This document shows positions 1 to 10,748 of a DNA stretch of 64,000 nucleotides, piece after piece. Each line of letters starts with the position of its first letter. Position 1 is the stretch's first letter. The DNA lies in contig JAVJQW010000057.1 in the NCBI GenBank assembly GCA_040218735.1, positions 384,001 through 448,000 of the forward strand. The letters run 5' to 3'. The notes beneath the pieces were generated by a model, which was not told where the DNA came from, made no database searches, and saw only the letters and a program-made list of their open reading frames with translations. Position numbers and translations under genes: made by a program. Source of the stretch: Deltaproteobacteria bacterium (GTDB taxonomy: Bacteria > Myxococcota > Kuafuiibacteriia > Kuafuiibacteriales > Kuafuiibacteriaceae).

Positions 1-557
1 AGCGCAGCACGGACGACCGGCCCCTCGACCGAACGGTCCACCGCCCCGTAGGCGACCTCGATCGGCGCAGACCAAGCGAGCCCCGGGAGGAGCCCCGCGT
101 CCCCCGCGAGCCCGACCGCGACCGCCCACCTCGATGCCTCACGCGGCGTCACGCGTGACGGTCGCATGCGCAAGACAGGTTGCACGTTACCGAACGGCGG
201 TGCGCTCTCGGGGGGCGGCGCCGGCGCGCGCGGTGGCGTGCGAAGGACGAGCGCGGCGATCAGCGCGAGCGCGGACGTGACTTCTGTGCAGTCCACCCCC
301 GACACCCGGCGCGGCGCAAAAGCATGCGTGCCCTCTCGCACCACGAGGGTGCCTAGGTAGGCGCCGGCCGACGAAGTACGGACCTCGACGTGCAACGTCT
401 GCGGGGAGGGCTCGTCGAGCGCGACGTTCGGCGCCCGTTGGCGCACGGCGGCGACGAACACCTGAGCGTCGGGACAGTCGTCGGGCGCGCGATAACGTAG
501 GCGCTCCACTTCGGTCGTTTGACCGACCAGCGCGAGCACGACGATGGCGAGCACCAC
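1..557 (-). CDS. Secreted hypothetical protein of myxobacterial type (partial, runs off the left edge)
   Basis: Not in the ORF track. My translation from GTG at 557 is open to base 1: MVLAIVVLALVGQTTEVERLRYRAPDDCPDAQVFVAAVRQR...GVDCTEVTSALALIAALVLRTPPRAPAPPP... It has a signal peptide, a Cys pair, a Pro-rich linker and then beta-strand-like sequence. Confidence 0.7.
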   Translation of the reverse strand, partial: MVLAIVVLALVGQTTEVERLRYRAPDDCPDAQVFVAAVRQRAPNVALDEPSPQTLHVEVRTSSAGAYLGTLVVREGTHAFAPRRVSGVDCTEVTSALALIAALVLRTPPRAPAPPPESAPPFGNVQPVLRMRPSRVTPREASRWAVAVGLAGDAGLLPGLAWSAPIEVAYGAVDRSVEGPVVRAA

Positions 558-694
558 TTTTTCTTAGCGTGGTCCTTTTTCGTGATCAAAGTTCAGGGCT
601 CGCGCCATATCTATGAGTGGAGTGTGATGGTTCCTGTTCCTGCGCGGCTCGCTGCGCCGGATCGCATCCCTTCCAAGCGTGCGAAGCATCCAAG

Positions 695-736
695 GGGGTG
701 CGGTGGTCGCGTCGCCCCGCGACTACCGCATACCCC
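695..736. other. Intergenic inverted repeat (hairpin)
   Basis: TGCGGTGGTCGCG (699-711) pairs with CGCGACTACCGCA (718-730) with one G-U pair, extended by GGGG/CCCC. It lies between divergent genes and has no U-tract. Confidence 0.5.
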
Positions 737-787
737 GCGGACCTTTCCTCCCGGCTTCGCCCCCCGCTGACCTGCTAGATTCGCAGC

Positions 788-2890
788 GTGGACCGCGACC
801 GGTCTTACGCATGGGCTGCCGCGATCGCGTGGGCGATCGCGATCTTCTGTACGGTACCGCTCGCGCGAACCGTGCAGCGGTGGGTCGACGCGACGGTCGG
901 CCGCCAAGCGTTCACGTACATCGTGCTCGCGGCCGGGGTCGTCGCGGTCGTCTTCGCCGTTCGAACCATTCGGCGCGCCGGCATCTCGTGGCGCGGGTAC
1001 GGCTGGCTCGCGGCGAGCGCCGTGACGTTCGCCGTGTACACCTTCGGTCTCGACGCCTCGCCGGAGGAGTCGTTTCACTTCGTCGAGTACGGCGTGCTCG
1101 CGTTGCTGTTGTTCCGCGCGCTCTCGAAGGGCGGCGCCGACCTCACGATCTACGGAACGACGTTCCTCCTCGGCGCCTCGGTGGGGGTCGTGGACGAAGG
1201 CATCCAGTGGCTGATCCCCGAGCGCGTCTGGGACCTGCGCGACATCGGGCTCAACGCGCTCGGCGTCGCGCTCGTCGTGGTCCCGATCGCCTTCGGCATC
1301 CAACCCGAGCACGTCGAACGAAGAATCACGCGACGCGGAGTGCGCCAGCTCCTCCGCGCGTACTTCTTGTTCCTGCTCCTCCTCGGTCCGTGCCTGCTCA
1401 ACACGCCGGCGCGCATCACCTGGTACGCGTCGCGGGTGCCGGGGCTCGGGTACCTGCTCGAGAACGAGAGCCTGATGATCCAGTACGGGTTCCTCTACGA
1501 CGATCCCGACATCGGGCGCTTCCGATCGCGCTTCGCCCCGGACGCGCTCGCCGAGACCGACCGCCAGCGCGCACCCGACGCCGCGAAGATCCTCGACCGC
1601 TATGCGCGCGGCGAACAGTACGGGCCGTTCCTGAAGATCTACACGGCGCGGAAGGATCCGTTCGTCCACGAAGCGCGCGTGCACCTGTTCCGCCGCAACC
1701 ACTACATCCGCGCGTCGAAGGTCCTGAAGCCGGGTCACCCGAAGCGGAAGGAGCAATACGGCATCGTGGTGCGCGAGAACCAGATCCTCGAGAAGTACTT
1801 CCCGCAGACGCTCGCGACGTCGACCACCGCCACGCTTCCCCCCGATCAGCTGAAGAAGATCCGCGCGGAGGCGGAGCTGGATCCGGACTACGAGAGCCCG
1901 GTGAGCATGGCGCTCTTCACGCGAATCGGCGAACGTTCCGTGGTGATCGGCCTCTTCGTCGCGGTGCTGCTCGGGTTCGGCGCACGACGGCGCGCCATCG
2001 CGCTTCTCGCGATCATCGTGGCGTCGTGCGCCGCGCCCCCCGTTTCGAAGACACACGACGAGCTCGCGCTCGACCTCGTGTTCTTCACGGACGTCCACGC
2101 ACGAACCGAATGGCAGACCCCCGACGCCCTCGCCCTCGCGGCGAAGCGCATCAACGCGGAGCGACCTCAGCTCGTGATCGCCGGCGGCGACGTGATCACC
2201 GACGGCTTCCAGTCGACCGCGGAGGTCGTCGCGCCGCGGTGGCGCGCGTACCTGAAGATGGCGAACGCGATCGAGGCTCCGCTGCGTCACGTGATCGGGA
2301 ACCACGACCTCGTCGCCGCGGACCCGGACGACGGTTCACCGGCCGCCGCCGACCCGCGCGCCATCTGGCGCGAGAAGACCGGCGAGCCGAACAGCTACTT
2401 CTCGTTCGATCACGCCGGGTACCACTTCGTGTTCCTCGACTCGATCGAAGTCGGCGGCCCGTTGCGTTATCGCGGCCACGTGAGTGAAGCGCAGCTCGCG
2501 TGGCTCGACGAGGACCTCGCGAAGGTCGAGCCCGGAACGCCGATCGTCGCGGCGACCCACATCCCTCTGCTCACGACGTTCTACGCGGCGACCCGCGGCA
2601 GCACCGTCGCGGCGCCGCTCAACCGGGTCATCACCAACAACCGCGAAGTGCTCGACAAATTCGAAGGCCACGATCTCGTGCTCGTGCTGCAAGGCCACTT
2701 GCACGCGAGCGAAGTCATCGTGTGGCGCGGCGTTACTTTCCTAACGGGCGGCGCGTTGTCGGCGAAGTGGTGGCGCGGCCCCTGGCAGGGAACGGAGGAA
2801 GGTTTCACGGTCGTACGGCTGCGCGGGAGACACGTCGATTCGCGTTACGTCGACCTCGGGTGGGAAGCGCGACGTCCGGCGTCGGACTGA
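788..2890 (+). CDS. VanZ-like membrane domain fused to a calcineurin-like metallophosphoesterase (CpdA/Icc-like)
   Basis: N-terminal TM helices with VanZ-like motifs HFVEYGVL, DEGIQWLIPER and DIGLN. C-terminal metallophosphoesterase motifs TDVH, GGDV, GNHD, THIP and QGHLH. Confidence 0.8.
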   Translation: MDRDRSYAWAAAIAWAIAIFCTVPLARTVQRWVDATVGRQAFTYIVLAAGVVAVVFAVRTIRRAGISWRGYGWLAASAVTFAVYTFGLDASPEESFHFVEYGVLALLLFRALSKGGADLTIYGTTFLLGASVGVVDEGIQWLIPERVWDLRDIGLNALGVALVVVPIAFGIQPEHVERRITRRGVRQLLRAYFLFLLLLGPCLLNTPARITWYASRVPGLGYLLENESLMIQYGFLYDDPDIGRFRSRFAPDALAETDRQRAPDAAKILDRYARGEQYGPFLKIYTARKDPFVHEARVHLFRRNHYIRASKVLKPGHPKRKEQYGIVVRENQILEKYFPQTLATSTTATLPPDQLKKIRAEAELDPDYESPVSMALFTRIGERSVVIGLFVAVLLGFGARRRAIALLAIIVASCAAPPVSKTHDELALDLVFFTDVHARTEWQTPDALALAAKRINAERPQLVIAGGDVITDGFQSTAEVVAPRWRAYLKMANAIEAPLRHVIGNHDLVAADPDDGSPAAADPRAIWREKTGEPNSYFSFDHAGYHFVFLDSIEVGGPLRYRGHVSEAQLAWLDEDLAKVEPGTPIVAATHIPLLTTFYAATRGSTVAAPLNRVITNNREVLDKFEGHDLVLVLQGHLHASEVIVWRGVTFLTGGALSAKWWRGPWQGTEEGFTVVRLRGRHVDSRYVDLGWEARRPASD

Positions 2891-2939
2891 CACGGTCGTC
2901 ATCCTGGCCGAGCGCGGCGCGACGGCGGTACAGTCGACC

Positions 2940-4970
2940 ATGCTCCGCGAACGTTCTGCGCTCTTCGCCGCCGCGCTCCTCTGCGCCTGCTCGGACTCCA
3001 CCGAAGACCTGTTGAACGACGCCGGGCCCCAGAGCGTCGACGCCGCGGTCGAGGACGGCGGAACACACGACGCGGGCGCGACGGAGACACCGAGGGATGG
3101 AGGCGTGACGATGATGGACGCCGGAGCACGCGAAACGGTGGACGTGCTCTTCGTCGGCAACAGCTACACCACGTCGAACGACGTCGCCGGACTCACCGCC
3201 GCCCAGCTACGAACCGAATCCCAAGACGTGCGGTACGAGACCGTTGCGCCCGGTGGTCGTCGCCTCGAACAACACGCGGCCGACGCACGCACCGACGGCA
3301 CCGCGCTGACGCGCTGGCTTCGAACCGGCTCCGCCGAGGAGACGGCGTTCGACGCGGTCGTCCTCCAGGAGCAGAGCCAGATCGGCGGCTTCCCGGTCTA
3401 CGCCGCGGAGCGACGCGCTTCGATCGACGCGGCGATCGAGCTCACCCAACGCGCACGCGACCGCGGCGCACGCGTCGTGCTCTACATGACGTGGGGCCGC
3501 GCGCGAGGTGATGCCGCCAACGCGATCATCGGCTACGGCACGTTCCTCTCCATGCAGGCGCTCCTCGACGAGGGCTACGTCTCACTCGCGACCTACCTCG
3601 AAGCCGAAGGTTTCGACGTCGCGGTCGCACCCGTGGGCGGCGGGTTCCGCATCGTCTACGAGGACGTCCTCGCGGCCGGGCAGGATCCCCTGGACGCCGA
3701 CAGCGACTTCATAGCGCTCTATCAGGAAGACGGCAGCCACCCCTCCGAACGCGGCGCGTACCTCGCCGCCTGCATCCTCGCGCGGACGATCGATCCCGAC
3801 CTCGATCCGAGCGCCATCGAGGACCACCCGAACCTCGGCCCGAACGTGTCGTCCGCCCTCCGCGACGTGTGCCACCGCGCGATCCACGACCGCCGCTGGC
3901 GTGTGCCGACGCTCGTCGAAGCCGACGCCGAGCTGCGCGGCAACGTACTGCAGGGCGAGCAGTTCGGCTTCGACGTCGCCCTCGACGGCACGGGCACGCG
4001 GCTCCTCGTCGGTGCGCGCGGTCCGGCGCCGGACGGCAGCGCGAGTGTGTTCGTCCGCGACCCCGATTGGCGCGAAGAGGTGCGGTGGAGCAGCACGCCG
4101 GGTTTCGGCGGGAGCGTCGCCCTCGACGACGCGGGCGCGTTGGCGCTCGTCCAGTCGCCGTGGTCCGAATTCGAGCGCGACGACAACTGGACCTCCGTCG
4201 TGCGCGCGGGCGCCCCGACCTGGCGCGGCCACGTCCGCGTCAGCGGCGACGGCACGCGCGTGCTGGTGTCACGTCGCACCGAAGAGTCGACGCTCATCGC
4301 GGCGCATGTGCTCGAACGCGACGGTGAAGGCTGGTCGAGCACGCCGCTCGACACACGCGCCACGAGTTTCGCCGACGATGCGTCGTTCGCGCTCGACACA
4401 CTCGGCGACCGCGTCGTCGTGGCTGCGACCGGCAGCACCGTCGCGTTCGTTTTCGAGCACGATGGCTCGAATTGGACCCAAGAGGTCGCGCTGAAGACGC
4501 GTCTTCTCGACGGTCGCACAGTAGACCTGAACCGGGTCGTCGCGATCTCGGGAGACGGCACTCGCGTTTTCGTCGGTCTCCTCGATCACGACGCCGTGAT
4601 CACCTTCGAGCGCACCGGCGCTACGTGGACGGAGCGCACCTCGCTCTTCGGTCCGCCGAACAGTCGCTTCGGCACTTCGGTCGCGACCAACGAGGACGGG
4701 AGCCGCCTCCTCGTCGGTGCCCCCCGCGACGGGCCGGTCGCGCTGCGTCGCTTCGCGGGGAGCGCGCGGGTCTACGAACACGACGGTGTCGGCTTCGCGG
4801 TGAGCCGACTCCTCGTGCCGCCCCCGGGAGACGTCGCGGACATCCTCGAGGGCTTCGGTACCTCGATCGATCTCTCCGTGGATGGGAACGTCGCAGCGGT
4901 CGGTGCGCCGTCGAAGACCTCCGAGGACGGTGACTACGCGGGCGCGGTGTACCCGTTCCCCCTCGACTGA
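2940..4970 (+). CDS. Lipoprotein with an SGNH/GDSL-like hydrolase domain and an FG-GAP-repeat propeller
   Basis: Lipobox LLCAC and DAG/DGG linker. SGNH motifs VLFVGNSYT, LQEQSQ and DGSHPS. FG-GAP repeats FGFDVALDG..LLVGA, FGTSVA..LLVGAP and FGTSIDL..AVGAP. Confidence 0.8.
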   Translation: MLRERSALFAAALLCACSDSTEDLLNDAGPQSVDAAVEDGGTHDAGATETPRDGGVTMMDAGARETVDVLFVGNSYTTSNDVAGLTAAQLRTESQDVRYETVAPGGRRLEQHAADARTDGTALTRWLRTGSAEETAFDAVVLQEQSQIGGFPVYAAERRASIDAAIELTQRARDRGARVVLYMTWGRARGDAANAIIGYGTFLSMQALLDEGYVSLATYLEAEGFDVAVAPVGGGFRIVYEDVLAAGQDPLDADSDFIALYQEDGSHPSERGAYLAACILARTIDPDLDPSAIEDHPNLGPNVSSALRDVCHRAIHDRRWRVPTLVEADAELRGNVLQGEQFGFDVALDGTGTRLLVGARGPAPDGSASVFVRDPDWREEVRWSSTPGFGGSVALDDAGALALVQSPWSEFERDDNWTSVVRAGAPTWRGHVRVSGDGTRVLVSRRTEESTLIAAHVLERDGEGWSSTPLDTRATSFADDASFALDTLGDRVVVAATGSTVAFVFEHDGSNWTQEVALKTRLLDGRTVDLNRVVAISGDGTRVFVGLLDHDAVITFERTGATWTERTSLFGPPNSRFGTSVATNEDGSRLLVGAPRDGPVALRRFAGSARVYEHDGVGFAVSRLLVPPPGDVADILEGFGTSIDLSVDGNVAAVGAPSKTSEDGDYAGAVYPFPLD

Positions 4971-4971
4971 C

Positions 4972-5250
4972 TCAGCGCTTCGCTTCGTCGATGCCGAGCG
5001 CGCGGTAGACGCGCGTGAGATCGCCGAGGTCGCCGAGCAGTCGCCGCACCGGCAAGCTGGGCGGACAGAGCAACGTCGGCGTGGCGAGGACCCGTTGCTC
5101 CTCCGCGATCTCGGGCTGTTCAACGACGTCGATGATCTCGAGCGCGTACCCTTTGAACACGCCGTCCGTGACCAGGGCGCGCGCGACCTGAATCGCACGC
5201 TGCGCGTGCGTCGTCCGACCCGTCACGAAGAGCTGGAAACCTACCGACAC
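4972..5250 (-). CDS. kaiB: KaiB-family protein
   Basis: LFVTGRT..AQRAI, YALEIIDVVEQPEIAEEQRVLATPTLL and PVRRLLGDL closely match the KaiB pattern; 92 aa. Confidence 0.85.
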   Translation of the reverse strand: MSVGFQLFVTGRTTHAQRAIQVARALVTDGVFKGYALEIIDVVEQPEIAEEQRVLATPTLLCPPSLPVRRLLGDLGDLTRVYRALGIDEAKR

Positions 5251-5262
5251 GTTCGACAGAGG

Positions 5263-8200
5263 CTACATATTCCGACGGTACTGTCCACCGACCGCGTAGA
5301 GCGCGTGCGAAATTTGGCCGAGCGTGCACACCTGGGTTGCACGCATGAGCGAAGCAAACAGGTTCTCACGCCGAGACGCCGCCGCCGCCAACTCACCGAG
5401 CGCAACGCTTGCAGTCTCCGCATTGCGCGTTTTGAAGGTATCCCGCGCCGCGATCGCGGAGGCCTTCTCGTCCACCGTCGACCGGATGACTTCCTCCGGG
5501 ATGATCGTGGGCGAGCCCTTACTGTCGAGGAAGGTGTTCACGCCGACGATCGGCATCGCGCCGGAGTGCTTCAACGTCTCGTAGTGCAGCGACTCGTCCT
5601 GAATCTTGCTGCGCTGGTACATGCGCTCCATCGCGCCGAGCACGCCGCCGCGATCCGAGATGCGCCGGAACTCCTCGAGCACCGCAGCCTCCACGAGATC
5701 CGTGAGCTCCTCGATGATGAACGCGCCTTGAATCGGGTTCTCGTTCTTGGAAAGCCCCAGCTCCTTGTTGATGATCAGCTGAATCGCCATCGCGCGGCGC
5801 ACACTCTCCTCGGTCGGCGTCGTGATCGCCTCGTCGTAAGCGTTGGTGTGCAATGAGTTGCAGTTGTCGTTGAGCGCGTACAGCGCCTGCAACGTGGTGC
5901 GGATGTCGTTGAAGCCGATCTCCTGCGCGTGCAGCGAACGCCCCGAAGTCTGGATGTGGTACTTCAGCTTCTGCGAGCGCGCGCTCGCGCCGTACTTCTC
6001 ACGCAGCGTCTTCGCCCAAATACGCCGCGCGACGCGGCCGATCACCGAGTACTCGGGGTCGATGCCGTTGCTGAAGAAGAAGGAGAGATTCGGCGCGAAG
6101 TCATCGATCGCCATCCCGCGCGACAGGTAATATTCGATGTACGTGAACCCATTCGCCAACGTGAAGGCGAGCTGGGTGATCGGGTTCGCTCCGGCCTCTG
6201 CGATGTGATAGCCGGAGATCGACACCGAGTAGAAGTTCTTCACGCCCCAGTCGATGAAGTACTGCTGGATGTCACCCATCATCCTCAGCGCGAACTCCGT
6301 CGAGAAGATGCACGTGTTCTGCGCCTGGTCCTCCTTGAGGATGTCGGCCTGCACCGTGCCGCGCACCGTCGCGAGGGTCTCCTTCTTGATGCGTTCGTAG
6401 GTCTCGCGCGGGAGCACCTCGTCACCGGTGACTCCGAGGAGCAACAAACCCAGACCGTCGTTCCCGGGCGGGAGCTCGCCGCGGTAGGTCGGCGCCTCGA
6501 CGCCGCGCGCCGCGAAGATCTCGGCGAGCTTCTTCTTCGTCTCGTCGACCTTCCCCTCCGCGTGGATGTACTTCTCACACTGCTGATCGATCGCAGCGTT
6601 GAAGAAGAACCCGAGCACCATCGGCGCCGGGCCGTTGATGGTCATCGACACACTCGTCCGCGGGTCACAAAGATCGAACCCCGAGTAGAGGCGCTTCGCG
6701 TCGTCGAGCGTCGCGATACTCACCCCGGAGTTACCGACCTTCCCGTAGATGTCCGGCCGGTGGTCCGGGTCCTCGCCGTACAGGGTCACGGAGTCGAACG
6801 CCGTCGACAGGCGCTTCGCCGGCATCCCCGCCGACACGTAGTGGAAGCGGCGGTTGGTCCGCTCCGGGCCGCCCTCCCCCGCGAACATGCGCGCGGGATC
6901 TTCGCCCTGGCGTTTCAGCGGAAAGACCCCGGCGGTGAACGGGAAGTAGCCCGGTGCGTTCTCACGCAGCAGCCACTTCAGGACGTCGCCCCAGTCCCGG
7001 TACGACGGCAGCGCGACCTTCGGCACGCGCGTCCCGGAGAGGGACTCCGTGAACAGATCCTGCTCGATGACCTTGTCGCGCACCGTGAAGCGGTACTTGT
7101 CCGCCTTGTAGCGCGCCTTCATATCCGGCCAGTCCTCGAGGAGCTTCTTCGCGCGGTGGTCGAGCTTCTGCTCGAGCGTGGTGTAACGGCGCACGAGATC
7201 CTGCACCGCCTCCGGCTCCTCGGTGACGACCTCCATCGCCTGCACGATCGACGCGTCGTCGGTGTCGACGAGCTCCACCTTCTTCTCGCCGACGTTCTGG
7301 CGCAGCAGACGAATCGCGCCGTCGAGCTGGTACATCTGACGCGCGATGCGGCACTGCTGATCGACCCAGTCGTCGTACCCGGTGCAGGTCTCGGAGATCT
7401 CCGCGAGGTAACGCGTCCGCTCCGGCGGGATGACGTAGATCTTCTCGCTCTCGCCCTCCCCCTTCGCGACCTTCGACGTGAGCTTCGCGCCCGTGCGCGT
7501 CACGAGCAGATCGATCAACTTCGCGTAGAGCTGGTCCACACCCGGGTCGCCCCACTGCGATGCGATGGTGCCGAGGATCGGGAGGTCTTCGTCGGCGGCC
7601 TCGAACTGCTGGTGGTTGCGTTTGTACTGCTTGCGGACGTCGCGCAGCGCGTCGAGCGAGCCGCGTTTGTCGAACTTGTTGATCGCGATGGCGTCGGCGA
7701 AGTCGAGCATGTCGATCTTCTCGAGCTGCGTCGCCGCGCCGTACTCCGAGGTCATCACGTACAGCGACACGTCGGAGTGCTCGGTGATCTCGGTGTCGCT
7801 CTGGCCGATGCCGGAGGTCTCGACGATCACCACGTCGAAGCCCGCCGCCTTCGCGACGTCGATCGACGCCTGTACGTGCTTCGACAGCGCGAGGTTCGAC
7901 TGCCGCGTCGCGAGCGAACGCATGTACACCCGCGCGTCACTCGCCGCGTTCATGCGGATGCGATCGCCAAGCAGCGCGCCGCCCGTCTTGCGCTTCGACG
8001 GGTCGACGGAGATCACCGCGATCGTCTCGCTGTCGAAGTCGGCGAGGAAGCGCCGCACGAGCTCATCGACGAGCGACGACTTGCCGCTGCCGCCGGTGCC
8101 GGTCACGCCGAGCACGGGGACGACACGATCGCCGGTGCGCTGCGCGAGGAGCGGCTTCAGGCGCTCTTGCTCCTCCGGGAAGTTCTCGACCACGGAGATC

Positions 8201-8706
8201 ATCCGGCCGACGCCCTGGTGGTCGGCGGTCGACAGCGTGTCGACGGAGACCTGGTCGGGGCGCGTCGTCTCGAAGTCACACTTTTCGAGCAGGTCGTTGA
8301 TCATCCCCTGCAGGCCCATCTCGCGGCCGTCGTCCGGGGAGTAGATGCGGTCGACGCCGTAGGCGTGCAGCTCTTCGATTTCGGTGGGGAGGATGGTGCC
8401 GCCGCCGCCACCGAAGATGCGGATGTTGGAGCCGGCCGCCTTCAGGAGGTCGTACATGTACTTGAAGTACTCGACATGGCCGCCCTGGTAGGACGTCACG
8501 GCGATGCCCTGCACGTCCTCCTGAATGGCGCAGTCGACGATCTCTTGCACCGAGCGGTTGTGTCCCAGGTGAATCACCTCGGCGCCGGAGGCCTGGATGA
8601 TGCGCCGCATGACGTTGATCGCGGCGTCGTGGCCGTCGAAGAGCGACGCGGCCGTCACGATGCGGACGTGGTGTTGCGGCTGGTACCTCGGGACGGTCTT
8701 CGTCAC
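5263..8706 (-). CDS. icmF: Fused isobutyryl-CoA mutase / MeaI GTPase
   Basis: B12-binding [10 protein letters not shown]-loop [16 protein letters not shown], and mutase barrel motifs RMFAGEG (Phe specificity residue), [24 protein letters not shown] and YRRNM. Start placed at GTG 8706; the track starts it at 8778. Confidence 0.95.
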   Translation of the reverse strand: MTKTVPRYQPQHHVRIVTAASLFDGHDAAINVMRRIIQASGAEVIHLGHNRSVQEIVDCAIQEDVQGIAVTSYQGGHVEYFKYMYDLLKAAGSNIRIFGGGGGTILPTEIEELHAYGVDRIYSPDDGREMGLQGMINDLLEKCDFETTRPDQVSVDTLSTADHQGVGRMISVVENFPEEQERLKPLLAQRTGDRVVPVLGVTGTGGSGKSSLVDELVRRFLADFDSETIAVISVDPSKRKTGGALLGDRIRMNAASDARVYMRSLATRQSNLALSKHVQASIDVAKAAGFDVVIVETSGIGQSDTEITEHSDVSLYVMTSEYGAATQLEKIDMLDFADAIAINKFDKRGSLDALRDVRKQYKRNHQQFEAADEDLPILGTIASQWGDPGVDQLYAKLIDLLVTRTGAKLTSKVAKGEGESEKIYVIPPERTRYLAEISETCTGYDDWVDQQCRIARQMYQLDGAIRLLRQNVGEKKVELVDTDDASIVQAMEVVTEEPEAVQDLVRRYTTLEQKLDHRAKKLLEDWPDMKARYKADKYRFTVRDKVIEQDLFTESLSGTRVPKVALPSYRDWGDVLKWLLRENAPGYFPFTAGVFPLKRQGEDPARMFAGEGGPERTNRRFHYVSAGMPAKRLSTAFDSVTLYGEDPDHRPDIYGKVGNSGVSIATLDDAKRLYSGFDLCDPRTSVSMTINGPAPMVLGFFFNAAIDQQCEKYIHAEGKVDETKKKLAEIFAARGVEAPTYRGELPPGNDGLGLLLLGVTGDEVLPRETYERIKKETLATVRGTVQADILKEDQAQNTCIFSTEFALRMMGDIQQYFIDWGVKNFYSVSISGYHIAEAGANPITQLAFTLANGFTYIEYYLSRGMAIDDFAPNLSFFFSNGIDPEYSVIGRVARRIWAKTLREKYGASARSQKLKYHIQTSGRSLHAQEIGFNDIRTTLQALYALNDNCNSLHTNAYDEAITTPTEESVRRAMAIQLIINKELGLSKNENPIQGAFIIEELTDLVEAAVLEEFRRISDRGGVLGAMERMYQRSKIQDESLHYETLKHSGAMPIVGVNTFLDSKGSPTIIPEEVIRSTVDEKASAIAARDTFKTRNAETASVALGELAAAASRRENLFASLMRATQVCTLGQISHALYAVGGQYRRNM

Positions 8707-8798
8707 GTCGTAGACGTACGGGAGGGCCCCGAGCGGGTCAAACGAACAGTGGGCCCCACGTGGACTTGCCGAACGCACCCGGTTAGAGCTTTGGGGCC

Positions 8799-10748
8799 AT
8801 GTCGGACCACGAACCGGAGTTGTTCGGTGACTTTCCGCGCCGATACCTCGACGACTGGGAGCGCCTCGCCGAGCCCACCCTGAAGGGCAAGAAGCTGTCG
8901 ACCTTGGTCGACAAGGGGCCGGACGGCGTCACCGTCGAACCCCTCCAGACGCGCCAGTCCTGGCCCACCCACAAGGACCCCGCCGGCCTCCCCGGGTTCT
9001 TTCCGTACATCCGCGGCGGCACGGCCGACGGGACCCACCGCGGGTGGGACGTGCGGCAGTCCTACGCCGACCCGGACACGGACCGCCTCGTCGCCGCTCT
9101 GCGTCAGGACCTCGCCGCCGGCGTCACCAGCGTGGCGTTGGACCTTCCGTCCCTCGACGTCGCGACCGCGACGAAGATCCTGGACGCCGTCCCGGTCACG
9201 ACGAAGATCGTGCTCGAGCGGCTCGACGTCTTCGAGTCGGCGACCGTGCTGGTCGCGGCGAGTGAAGCAAACGACCGACCGCTCACCGCGAACCTCGGCC
9301 TCGACCCGCTGGCCGCGCTGCTCGCGAACGGCGCGCTCGTCGTCGACGTGGACAGCGCGTTCCACCTGATGACCGACGTCGCGCACCACGTGAAGGGGCG
9401 CACCGGCTGCGCCACCGTGCTCGTCCGCGGCGACGTCTACGACGACGGCGGCGCGACCGACGCGCAACAGCTCGCGTACGCGATGGGCACCGGGCTCACG
9501 TACCTCCGTGTGTTGCTCGCCGCCGGGTTCTCGCTCGAGGACGCCAACCGACAGATCACCTTCCGCTTCGCGGTGGGGCCCGACGTCTTGCGTTCGGTGT
9601 CGAAGCTGCGCGCGGCGCGGTGGATCTGGTCGCGCATCATGGGCGCGTGTGGCGCACGCGACGACGCGCGACGCACGACGATCGAAGCGGTGACATCGCG
9701 GCGCGCGATGTCGAAACACGACGTCTGGGTCAACACACTGCGCGCGACGACGGCCTCGTTCGCGGCCATCGTCGGCGGCGCCAACGCGGTGGTGGTGCGC
9801 AGCCACGTGGATCCGCTCGGGCTCCCCGACGACACCGCGCGACGCGTCGCGAAGAACGTGCAACTCATCCTGCGCGACGAAGCCCACGTGGGGCACGTCG
9901 TGGATCCCGCGGGCGGCGCGTGGGCGTTCGAAAAGCTCACCGAGTCCCTCGCGCGCGCGGCGTGGTCGCGACTGCAGGAGGTCGAGAGCAAGGGCGGTAT
10001 GGAGCGCGCCGTGGAGACCGGCTTCGTCACGCGCTGCGTGGAGGAGGCCTACCGCAACCGCGCCGACGCGATCGCCAAGCGCAACGTAATGGTGACGGGC
10101 GTGAGCGACTACCCGTGGCTCGACGAGCCGACGCCGTCGACGTGGCCATCCACCGAGGTGCCGGCGGCGCCGCGCGCGGTGGAGCTGCCGTTGCTCCGGG
10201 AGAAGGGGCGTACCGTCGCGACGGCGATCGTCGCGGCGCGCGATGGCGCGTCGACCGCGGACCTGTTCGCCGCGCTCGAGCGTCACGACACCCGCACGAA
10301 GACGACCGCGCTCGCGCCGCGACGTGACGCGGCGGCGTTCGAGGCGCTGCGGGAGAAGAGCGCAGCGCCGGTGTTGTTGCTGTCGTTCGGGACGACGGCG
10401 CAGCACACGCCGCGCACGACCTTCGCGAGGAACTTCTTCGCGGCGGGCGGGCTGGCGCCGGTCGACCACCACGTCGAGGACGAGGGCGCGGTCGCAGCGG
10501 CGGTCGAGGCGGCGGGCGCGAAGATCGCGGTGCTTTGCTCCTCGGACGACGTCTACGAAACGCACGCGGAGGACATCGCGCGGGCCGCGAAGCGCGCGGG
10601 CGTGGGCTTCGTGTACCTCGCGGGGCGCGCGGGGGTGAACGCGGACCGCCAGCGACGCGCGGGGATCGACGCGTACGTGCACCTCGGAGTGGACGCGGTG
10701 ACGATCCTGAACGGCGCGCACGAGCTCGCCAAGGGGGTGACGCCATGA
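8799..10748 (+). CDS. mutA: Methylmalonyl-CoA mutase small (non-catalytic) subunit
   Basis: [45 protein letters not shown] and AVLCSSD. No DxHxxG B12 motif. Its stop overlaps the start of the large subunit. Confidence 0.9.
   Translation: MSDHEPELFGDFPRRYLDDWERLAEPTLKGKKLSTLVDKGPDGVTVEPLQTRQSWPTHKDPAGLPGFFPYIRGGTADGTHRGWDVRQSYADPDTDRLVAALRQDLAAGVTSVALDLPSLDVATATKILDAVPVTTKIVLERLDVFESATVLVAASEANDRPLTANLGLDPLAALLANGALVVDVDSAFHLMTDVAHHVKGRTGCATVLVRGDVYDDGGATDAQQLAYAMGTGLTYLRVLLAAGFSLEDANRQITFRFAVGPDVLRSVSKLRAARWIWSRIMGACGARDDARRTTIEAVTSRRAMSKHDVWVNTLRATTASFAAIVGGANAVVVRSHVDPLGLPDDTARRVAKNVQLILRDEAHVGHVVDPAGGAWAFEKLTESLARAAWSRLQEVESKGGMERAVETGFVTRCVEEAYRNRADAIAKRNVMVTGVSDYPWLDEPTPSTWPSTEVPAAPRAVELPLLREKGRTVATAIVAARDGASTADLFAALERHDTRTKTTALAPRRDAAAFEALREKSAAPVLLLSFGTTAQHTPRTTFARNFFAAGGLAPVDHHVEDEGAVAAAVEAAGAKIAVLCSSDDVYETHAEDIARAAKRAGVGFVYLAGRAGVNADRQRRAGIDAYVHLGVDAVTILNGAHELAKGVTP

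Noticed and set aside
8707-8798. Cobalamin riboswitch for the mutase cluster
   Set aside because: The gap is too short and no B12-box sequence is visible.
5929-8883. Long antisense or alternate-frame ORFs (e.g. 5929-8883 +, 10907-12811 -, 22068-25010 -, 33255-35639 -, 39253-41295 -)
   Set aside because: They are Arg/Ala/Gly-rich shadows of well-supported genes, expected at this GC content, and carry no family motifs.
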